NCBI GenBank assembly: GCA_964551625.1
Contig: CAZKDW010000001.1
Location: forward strand, 13,115 to 40,823
Source: an uncultured Thermotogae bacterium
GTDB lineage: Bacteria; Bipolaricaulota; Bipolaricaulia; UBA7950; UBA9294
Length of the DNA: 27,709 bases
Direction of reading: 5' to 3'
Made by a program: the position numbers and the translations under genes. The notes beneath the pieces were generated by a model that was not told where the DNA came from, searched no databases, and saw only the letters and a list, made by a program, of their open reading frames with translations. This document shows, in pieces, positions 17,010-23,938 of this stretch; position 1 is the first letter of the stretch; each line of letters opens with the position of its first letter.

Positions 17010-18170
17010 TTATGAGCGACTGAAGACATGCACAGCTGAATGCTGGCCATTGCCACCGACGTTATGCGATAGACCGATTTCAGCGCCCTGAACCTGACGT
17101 CCGGGATCTGCTTCTCCACGCAATTGCTTGGCAATCTCCACTGCCATCGAAACACCTGTGGTGCCAATCGGATGACCTTTTGACTTGAGCCCGCCATCGA
17201 CATTGACTGGAGTCTCTCCACCGATGTAGGTCTGCCGATCCTCGACCCAAGGGCCACCTTCACCTCTCGGGCAGAAGCCCAGATCCTCGTAAGCCACAAT
17301 TTCAGCGATCGTGAAGCAATCATGGACGACGGCCACATCAACCTGTTTGGCGTCAATTCCGGCCATTTCATAGGCCTGATCAGCCGCTTCGACTGTCGCA
17401 CCAAGCGTGGTCAGATCATCGCGATGAGCCAGCGCTAGCGAGCCAGTCCCTAGGCCGAGGCCACTCATCCAGATTGGATCCTTGCTCAGACGTTTGGCCA
17501 TCTTCTCAGACGCGAGCAAAATGGCAGCCGCTCCGTCGGAGATCAGGCAGCAGTCGTATAGCTTGAGGGGGTCGGCGACCATGAAAGAGTTCATTGCCTT
17601 TTCAAGGGTAATCTCTTTCTGCATGTGGGCGTACGGATTCATCGCGCCATAGTGATGGTTCTTCACCGCGACAGCCGCAAGTTGTTCTTGCGTCGTTCCA
17701 TACTTCGCCATATGCGCGCGGGCAATCATTGCGTAGTAGCCGGGGAATGTCATGCCGAAGGGATATTCCCACAGGAAATCGCCGGCGCGGCCAAGCACTT
17801 CGGTCGCCATGGACGTCGGGACCTCTGTCATCTTTTCAGCGCCAACAACCAAAACGAGGTCGGCTAGGCCAGATGCGATATTCATCCATCCGGCGCGAAC
17901 CGCCATGCTACCAGACGCACATGCAGCCTCTACGCGAAAGCTCGGTTTGGGGTGAAATCCAAGATAGTCGACAACCTGAGCCGTCGGTTGGAGAGCAAAA
18001 CTAAGCTCATCCGAAGCTACACTGACAATCATCGACTCCACATCCGCCAATGGAATGTCAGCATCCTCAAGGCAAGCCTTCACCGCCTCGAATGCCAGTT
18101 CACGCAGCGACGCATCGGATCGAATCCCGAAGCGGCCTTGCCCAACGCCAATGATTCCGACTTTCCCCAT
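17010..18170 (-). CDS. Thiolase, SCP2/archaeal type
   Basis: VEAACASG (Cys84), VGAEKM, AVKNH, ISDGAAA, HDCFTIAE, NVDGGLKSKGHPIG, HNVGG. AAGGAG RBS. Confidence 0.93.
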   Translation of the reverse strand: MGKVGIIGVGQGRFGIRSDASLRELAFEAVKACLEDADIPLADVESMIVSVASDELSFALQPTAQVVDYLGFHPKPSFRVEAACASGSMAVRAGWMNIASGLADLVLVVGAEKMTEVPTSMATEVLGRAGDFLWEYPFGMTFPGYYAMIARAHMAKYGTTQEQLAAVAVKNHHYGAMNPYAHMQKEITLEKAMNSFMVADPLKLYDCCLISDGAAAILLASEKMAKRLSKDPIWMSGLGLGTGSLALAHRDDLTTLGATVEAADQAYEMAGIDAKQVDVAVVHDCFTIAEIVAYEDLGFCPRGEGGPWVEDRQTYIGGETPVNVDGGLKSKGHPIGTTGVSMAVEIAKQLRGEADPGRQVQGAEIGLSHNVGGNGQHSAVHVFSRS

Positions 18171-18229
18171 TTCAACTCCTTGAATCTCCGTGCTTCGTCG
18201 ACACAGCCAATTGGCGGCGTCTCATTTTA

Positions 18230-18250
18230 TGACACCTGACTCAGGTCTCA
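18230..18250. promoter_or_regulatory. Candidate TetR operator 1
   Basis: TGACACCTGACTCAGGTCTCA, a near-perfect 21-bp palindrome that touches the -10 box and covers the predicted transcription start of the thiolase operon. Confidence 0.8.
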
Positions 18251-18279
18251 CCATAGCATGAATCGTAGCGACTCGTCAA
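18250..18279 (-). promoter_or_regulatory. Sigma70-type promoter of the 16-gene operon
   Basis: Minus strand: TTGACG (18279-18274) N18 TATGGT (18255-18250), with an extended -10 TG. Confidence 0.7.
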
Positions 18280-18395
18280 TACCTACTTCACAGTAATTGC
18301 CTCGATTAGGCTTGAATAGCAAGCTATAGCGCCTGTAGCTCGGCGCTTGGGTTTACGCCAAATCTATTCTTGTGCTCGCAGCTCCGTTTTTTCTC

Positions 18396-18416
18396 TGAGA
18401 GCTGATTCATCTCTCA
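18396..18416. promoter_or_regulatory. Candidate TetR operator 2
   Basis: TGAGAGCTGATTCATCTCTCA, an exact fit to TGAGA-N2-TGA-N-TCA-N2-TCTCA, 46 bp beyond the tetR stop. Confidence 0.72.
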
Positions 18417-18462
18417 TTTTCTGCCATCGGCTAGAAATAGTTCATGAACAGAGTAGATGCGA

Positions 18463-19698
18463 TTAGACCAACTGTAGAGACATGCCGCGCTCAAGGATGT
18501 CGAGCAAATCAGCAAGCATGTCATCGGAAATCGTGCCTTCCGCCCCGCTGAAGAAAGCCCACAATGCAACGGAGTGTCCAATCCCAAGAAGTGCGTAGGC
18601 GAGAGGTTCAAGTGCCAGAGCACGAATTTCTCCACGCTCCATACCACGATGCATTCCTCTCATATAGCCCTTGGCCAACCGTTCGTAATACCAACGTCCT
18701 GTGTCATGATCAACCAATTCCGCCTCGCGAAGAATCCTGTAGGCTCCCTGATGCATAGCAATGAATCGAAAGAAAGTTCGGAATCCTTCCCGTTCAATAT
18801 CGCGGCGATCCTCAAGACCTGCTAGCGCCTGCTGCTCATCAGATCGAAATCTGCGGTTGATCTCGCGAAGCACCTCAACAAACACAGCTACTTTGCTCGG
18901 GAAATAGAGATAGAAAGTGCCCTGTGCCACTCCAGAGAGATAAGTTATTCCGCTGATGGGCGTTTGATAGAAACCTGCCTGTCCAAACAGCTGCTCCGCC
19001 GCCATGAGTAGGGACTGCTTCGTTGCCTCGCCGCCCTGAAGCTCTTCAACCTCTTCAAGGGATGGAATAGGAACTGCTGACTGAGTCATCTTGGTTGCTC
19101 GCTCAGATCCCGAATCAAAACCTCTCAAGATGATCGAATCGAGAGTCTGTAGAACGCCCTCGTTCAGTGAACCGGGTTCCCAAAGGATGTAGCGCATAAC
19201 AGTGAACTCAACGATCCCGAGCAAGACGTATGCTGCCATTCTCGCATCAATCGGTCTCAACTCACCTGACTGGATGCCAAGTCGGACAATCCGCTGCAAT
19301 GCATCGGCTATTTTTGCTCGGAAATGCCGATGGATCTTCATCTGCATCGATTCTGATCCCCGGCCAACTCGGTAAAGCGTAGTCTCCCTCTCCACAAAGG
19401 CCAGCACGCGGCGATAGGCACAGATCAGAGCCTCTGGCCCTGTCTTCCCTTCGTTGCCTACTGCCTCTATCTGCTCGCACAGGGCCGCCTCAAGCCGCTC
19501 CACCAATAGGACAAACACTTCTTCCTTGCTTTCGAAGTATCGATAGAAAGTCCCGTTGGCTAGGCCTGCACGCTGACAAATCTCCGAGACTGATGCGACG
19601 TAATAGCCTCGCTCGCTAAATATGCTTTCAGCAGCTCGAAGCAGTGCCTCACGCGTTTTCTGAGCTTTGGGCAGATAGGGCAATTGGCGTTTTGTCAC
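18463..19698 (-). CDS. Tandem (two-repeat) TetR/AcrR-family regulator
   Basis: Two complete TetR units: TREALLRAAESIFSERGY...GLANGTFYRYFESKEEVF and TKQSLLMAAEQLFGQAGF...GVAQGTFYLYFPSKVAVF, each with its own C-terminal domain (GELR.../GEIR...AY.LLGI). GTG 19698 preferred; ATG 19764/19761 are alternatives. Confidence 0.9.
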   Translation of the reverse strand: MTKRQLPYLPKAQKTREALLRAAESIFSERGYYVASVSEICQRAGLANGTFYRYFESKEEVFVLLVERLEAALCEQIEAVGNEGKTGPEALICAYRRVLAFVERETTLYRVGRGSESMQMKIHRHFRAKIADALQRIVRLGIQSGELRPIDARMAAYVLLGIVEFTVMRYILWEPGSLNEGVLQTLDSIILRGFDSGSERATKMTQSAVPIPSLEEVEELQGGEATKQSLLMAAEQLFGQAGFYQTPISGITYLSGVAQGTFYLYFPSKVAVFVEVLREINRRFRSDEQQALAGLEDRRDIEREGFRTFFRFIAMHQGAYRILREAELVDHDTGRWYYERLAKGYMRGMHRGMERGEIRALALEPLAYALLGIGHSVALWAFFSGAEGTISDDMLADLLDILERGMSLQLV

Positions 19699-19778
19699 GT
19701 CTGTTTCCTTCCTCACTATCTGGACCGGGGTCTCTGAGTAGCTAATCTGTGGATGACCCATCATCCCAACACCAACGA

Positions 19779-19808
19779 ATCGTACGCGCTAAGTGAACGT
19801 CAGATCAA
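19779..19808 (-). promoter_or_regulatory. Candidate promoter of tetR
   Basis: Minus strand: TTGATC (19808-19803) N18 TACGAT (19784-19779). Confidence 0.5.
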
Positions 19809-19830
19809 ACCCTCAAACAACGCCTAAAAA

Positions 19831-19851
19831 TGAGAGGTTAGTCAGGTCTCA
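19831..19851. promoter_or_regulatory. Candidate TetR operator 3
   Basis: TGAGAGGTTAGTCAGGTCTCA, one mismatch to the consensus, lying between the divergent tetR and acs promoters. Confidence 0.7.
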
Positions 19852-19886
19852 GATTCATCGGAGAGGCGCTTCGTTTCGCCGATTCA

Positions 19887-19915
19887 TTGCCGAGAACCTT
19901 CTCATGCGATAGTAT
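19887..19915 (+). promoter_or_regulatory. Sigma70-type promoter of acs
   Basis: TTGCCG (19887-19892) N17 TAGTAT (19910-19915), followed by a CAGGAGG RBS. Confidence 0.65.
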
Positions 19916-19957
19916 CGGCGCGACTTATGAACAACAAGCTTCTCCAGGAGGTTTACA

Positions 19958-21916
19958 GTGCCGGATGCAATGCAGTGGGTCCAGAAAGACCCCAACAAAG
20001 AGAACGTTTTTTGGCCAAACGAGGAACTGAAGAAGAAAGCGTGGGTTTCAGATGAGGCTATCTACGGAAAAGCCAATTCTGATCCTGAAGCATTCTGGGC
20101 CGAACAGGCCGAGAATCTTCATTGGTTCAAAAAATGGGACAAAACCTATGACTTTTCACCGAATGCGTACAAGTGGTTCGTTGGCGGAAAGACAAACCTG
20201 TCCTACAACTCCCTAGACCGCCAGATTGAAGCGGGCAAGGGCGACAATATCGCCCTTATTTGGGAACCCGAGCCGATCGAAGAAGAGGCTGTCAAACTGA
20301 CGTACAAGCAGCTCCACGAAAGCGTCAGCAAGTTCGCCAATGCGCTGAAAGATCTCGGCGTGAAGAAGGGCGACGCCGTCGGCATCTATCTCCCAATGAT
20401 TCCTGAAGCTGTTATCGCTATGCAGGCCTGCGCCCGAATTGGCGCGCCTCACTCTGTCGTGTTCTCAGCATTCAGCCCGGAATCGCTCCGCGATCGCATG
20501 GTCGACTGTGATGCCAAAGTCGTTATCACCGCCGACGGATACTATCGCCGCGGCAAGGCTATCAACTTGAAGAAGAACGCAGATGCTGGCGTAGAAAATT
20601 CGCCTGTTCAGCATCTCGTCGTCGTCAAACGCACAGGCGCAGATGTTGGCATGACCGAAGGTCGCGACGTCTGGTACCACGACATCGTAGCAAAGGCTTC
20701 GGCCGATTGTCCCGCCGAACAGCTCGATTCCGAAGATCTCTCGTTCCTACTCTATACATCGGGAACGACAGGCAAGCCCAAGGGAATCATGCATACCACA
20801 GGCGGCTATGCTGTTCAGGCCAACACGACAGCCAAGTGGAATTTCGACATGCACGAAGGCGATGTATTCTGGTGCACAGCTGACGTAGGATGGATCACTG
20901 GCCACACGTACATTAACTATGGTCCGCTCATGAATGGCATAACCACGTTGCTGTATGAAGGCTCTCCCGATGCGCCAGACAACGGCCGCTTCTGGGCGAT
21001 TATCGAAAAGCACAAAGTAACCCAACTCTATACCGCTCCGACAGCCATTCGCATGTTCGTCAAATGGGGCGACGAGTGGCCGAAGAAGTACGACCTTTCT
21101 TCGCTGCGCCTGTTGGGAACTGTTGGTGAACCGATCAACGTCGACGCTTGGATGTGGTATTTCAACGTCATCGGCGGCGGACGCTGCCCAATCATCGACA
21201 CCTGGTGGCAGACGGAAACAGGTGCCAATATGGTTAACAACCTGCCTGGCATCGGACCATTCGTGCCGACTGTTGCAGGAAAGACATTCCCAGGGATTCT
21301 GGGCGACATTCTCGATTCTGGCGGAACCCCGCTTGGACCGAATGAAGGCGGCTACTTGGCCATCTTCAACCCCTTCCCACCTGCACTTACGCGCGGCATC
21401 TATGGAGATATGGAACGCTTCCAGGCTCAGTACTTCGCTGAGTATGGCCCGGAGCGTTACTTTACCTCTGACGGCGCACGCAAGGACGAAAACGGCAATA
21501 TTCGTATTACTGGCCGTGTCGACGACGTCATGAACGTCGCCGGACATCGACTGGCTACGGCAGAAGTCGAATCCGCATTGGCCCAGAATAACAAGGTCAG
21601 CGAAGTCGCCGTCGTTTCTCGCCCGCACGACCTCAAGGGCGAAGTTCCAGTCGCTTTCGTCCTTTTGCGCAAGGGCGTCGAAGGCAGTGACGAGATTGTC
21701 AAGGAACTGATGGCCACCGTTAATCAGGTTATTGGCCCCACAGGCCGACCAGACCAGATTGTGTTTGCAACGGACGTTCCGAAGACGCGCTCTGGCAAGA
21801 TCATGCGCCGTGTGCTCAAGGCGCTCGTTCGCCACGAGCCCGTTGGCGATCTGATGACGCTTCAGAATCCAGAGTCCGTTGAAGAGCTTAAAGGGCTCGT
21901 GGATTACAAGGGATAA
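19958..21916 (+). CDS. acsA: Acetyl-CoA synthetase (AMP-forming)
   Basis: WFVGGKTNLSYNSLDR, LYTSGTTGKPKG, WCTADVGWITGH, DTWWQTETG, GRVDDVMNVAGHRL, PKTRSGKIMRR. GTG start after CAGGAGG. Confidence 0.96.
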   Translation: MPDAMQWVQKDPNKENVFWPNEELKKKAWVSDEAIYGKANSDPEAFWAEQAENLHWFKKWDKTYDFSPNAYKWFVGGKTNLSYNSLDRQIEAGKGDNIALIWEPEPIEEEAVKLTYKQLHESVSKFANALKDLGVKKGDAVGIYLPMIPEAVIAMQACARIGAPHSVVFSAFSPESLRDRMVDCDAKVVITADGYYRRGKAINLKKNADAGVENSPVQHLVVVKRTGADVGMTEGRDVWYHDIVAKASADCPAEQLDSEDLSFLLYTSGTTGKPKGIMHTTGGYAVQANTTAKWNFDMHEGDVFWCTADVGWITGHTYINYGPLMNGITTLLYEGSPDAPDNGRFWAIIEKHKVTQLYTAPTAIRMFVKWGDEWPKKYDLSSLRLLGTVGEPINVDAWMWYFNVIGGGRCPIIDTWWQTETGANMVNNLPGIGPFVPTVAGKTFPGILGDILDSGGTPLGPNEGGYLAIFNPFPPALTRGIYGDMERFQAQYFAEYGPERYFTSDGARKDENGNIRITGRVDDVMNVAGHRLATAEVESALAQNNKVSEVAVVSRPHDLKGEVPVAFVLLRKGVEGSDEIVKELMATVNQVIGPTGRPDQIVFATDVPKTRSGKIMRRVLKALVRHEPVGDLMTLQNPESVEELKGLVDYKG

Positions 21917-21958
21917 GTCGGATGGACATGCAGCAGTTGTCCATTTGATCGAACATTG

Positions 21959-21989
21959 CGGGGGCGGCTCGTCCGTCCCCGTTCTTATT
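21959..21989 (+). terminator. Terminator/attenuator-like hairpin between acs and the MFS gene
   Basis: CGGGGGCGG-CTCGT-CCGTCCCCG (9 bp, one G.U pair) followed by TTCTTATT. Confidence 0.55.
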
Positions 21990-22000
21990 GGAGGGTTGGT

Positions 22001-23272
22001 ATGTCAGAACAGAAGGTATTCGGAATGAAGGCCGAGCAGGGACGATGGATGTTCGTCCTGCTTGGTTTGTTAATGAACATCTGCCTGGGCGCAGTCTACG
22101 CGTTTAGCGTTTTCCGCGGCCCATTGGAAAAATCTATTGAAGAGGGTGGATGGGCAATCAGCGCTACTCAGAGCGGATTGCCGTTTATGGTTTTTCTTGC
22201 CACATTCGCGCTATTCATGGCACTGGCTGGTGGATTGGTCGGCAAGTGGGGCCCGAGGAAAGCTGCACTGCTTGGCGGAAGCCTGGTTGGCGTTGGATGG
22301 ATTCTGTCAGGATTCTCGCCAAGCATCACTTGGCTAACCGTCTTCTACGGTGTCATTGCGGGTGGTGGTGTTGGCATTATCTACGGTTGCCCCATTGCCG
22401 TCTCTGCCAAATGGTTCCCTGACAAAAAGGGATTGGCCGTCGGACTGACTGTGATGGGCTTCGGTCTGTCCGCATTGATTATGGTTCCTATCATGACAGC
22501 CATGATCAACAACCCCGCCATCGGCGCCCTTGGAGCCTTCAAGTACTTGGGAATCGCGTTCCTCGGCCTTCTTCTGCTGCTGTCGCTGCCATTGCGTAGC
22601 CCCAAAGAGGGCTGGACGCCTGCTGGATGGACGCCGAAGAAGGGCAAGGCAGGGACCAATGTCGAGCTCGATCGCGGGCAAATGGTCAAGACAAAGACGT
22701 TCTACGCCTTGTGGGCAACCTACACTATTGGATGTCTTGCTGGGCTAATGGCGATCGGTATTGCAAAACCATTCGGCAATGAGATCCTGGCAACAGCTGG
22801 ATATGACGCAGCAAGAATGGCAACTCTGCTCACTACAATGGTGTCGCTTTTTGCCATCTTTAACGGCATCGGCCGTCCCATCTTCGGCTGGCTAACCGAC
22901 AAATTGAGCCCTCGCAATACGGCGGCGTTGTCCTTCATTCTCATCCTCGCCGCATCGGCTCTTCTCTATCTGTGGGGTGCCAGCAGTCCCGTTCTCTACT
23001 TCATCGCCTTTTCCGTTTTGTATCTGAATCTCGGTGGTTGGCTGGCCATCGCACCTACGGCAACTGCGACGTTTTTCGGAACAAAGCACTACGGGAAGAA
23101 CTACGGATTGGTCTTCACTTCGTATGGTGTTGGCGCAATTCTGGGAATGCTGCTATCAGGCATGATTCGTGATAGCACCGGCGCATACTTGCCTGTCTTC
23201 CTGCCAGTCATGGCGCTGGCAGCTGCCGGTATCGTCATCAGCGTTCTATGGTTGAAGCCAGTCAAGGCATAG
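22001..23272 (+). CDS. MFS transporter, oxalate/formate antiporter (OFA; OxlT/YhjX-like) family
   Basis: LGAVYAFSVF, GKWGPR, KWFPDKKGLAVG, FNGIGRPIFGWLTDK, FGTKHYGKNYG, about 12 hydrophobic helices. ATG 22001 follows GGAGG. Confidence 0.9.
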   Translation: MSEQKVFGMKAEQGRWMFVLLGLLMNICLGAVYAFSVFRGPLEKSIEEGGWAISATQSGLPFMVFLATFALFMALAGGLVGKWGPRKAALLGGSLVGVGWILSGFSPSITWLTVFYGVIAGGGVGIIYGCPIAVSAKWFPDKKGLAVGLTVMGFGLSALIMVPIMTAMINNPAIGALGAFKYLGIAFLGLLLLLSLPLRSPKEGWTPAGWTPKKGKAGTNVELDRGQMVKTKTFYALWATYTIGCLAGLMAIGIAKPFGNEILATAGYDAARMATLLTTMVSLFAIFNGIGRPIFGWLTDKLSPRNTAALSFILILAASALLYLWGASSPVLYFIAFSVLYLNLGGWLAIAPTATATFFGTKHYGKNYGLVFTSYGVGAILGMLLSGMIRDSTGAYLPVFLPVMALAAAGIVISVLWLKPVKA

Positions 23273-23292
23273 CCATTTCTTAGATTTCATAT

Positions 23293-23325
23293 CGCGGGCA
23301 AGTTTCGACTTGCCCGCGTTCTTTT
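23293..23325 (+). terminator. Rho-independent terminator
   Basis: CGCGGGCAAGT-TTCG-ACTTGCCCGCG, a perfect 11-bp stem followed by TTCTTTT. Confidence 0.88.
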
Positions 23326-23383
23326 GATTCGACTGGCCGCGAATCGCAATTGTAGGTATGCTTTGTCAACAGAAAGGAAGCTC

Positions 23384-23938
23384 ATGTCAAAATCACCCTC
23401 CCATCTGGTCTGGATGGATCTGGAAACAACAGGTATTAACGACCGAAGCTGCTCAATTATCGAAATCGCCACGATCATCACGGACAAGGACCTGCACACA
23501 GTAGAAGAAGGTCCCGTTCTCGTAATCCATCAGCCAGAACCCGTTCTACGGAATATGGAACCGTGGTGCGTCGAACAACATGGCGGATCAGGACTCACAG
23601 AAGCCTGTCGTAAGTCAACGGTTTCACCCGCTGATGCAGAAGCAGAGACGCTTGCGTTCGTTCGCAAGCACTGTCTGAGAAACAAGGCGCCCCTTTGTGG
23701 GAATTCCATCGGTTTCGATCGTCGATTCATCATGCATCACATGCCCAAGCTCAATACCTACCTCGATTTTCGCAACGTCGACGTCAGTTCCTTCAAGGAA
23801 CTGGTCTACCGTTGGTATCCAGGGATTGTTGAGCAAGTCGTCAAGAAGTCAACGCATCGCGCGCTCGATGACATCCGAGAATCCATTGACGAAATGCGCT
23901 TCTATCGACAGCACGTGTTCCGAGTTAAGGCGTTGTGA
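23384..23938 (+). CDS. orn: Oligoribonuclease (DEDDh exonuclease)
   Basis: LVWMDLETTG, IIEIATIITD, PLCGNSIGFDRRF, DVSSFKEL, HRALDDIRES. ATG 23384 follows AAAGGA. Confidence 0.95.
   Translation: MSKSPSHLVWMDLETTGINDRSCSIIEIATIITDKDLHTVEEGPVLVIHQPEPVLRNMEPWCVEQHGGSGLTEACRKSTVSPADAEAETLAFVRKHCLRNKAPLCGNSIGFDRRFIMHHMPKLNTYLDFRNVDVSSFKELVYRWYPGIVEQVVKKSTHRALDDIRESIDEMRFYRQHVFRVKAL

Noticed and set aside
18322-18449. Small palindromes AGCTATAG-CGC-CTGTAGCT and GTTCATGAAC as a tetR terminator
   Set aside because: Weak or loopless stems without a convincing U-tract on the minus strand.
20747-21835. 362-aa antisense ORF
   Set aside because: Lies wholly opposite acs, has no recognisable motif or RBS, and is explained by sense-strand codon bias.
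23324-23383. N-terminal extension of orn from TTG 23324
   Set aside because: Starts in the terminator U-tract; ATG 23384 has an RBS and a typical Orn start.
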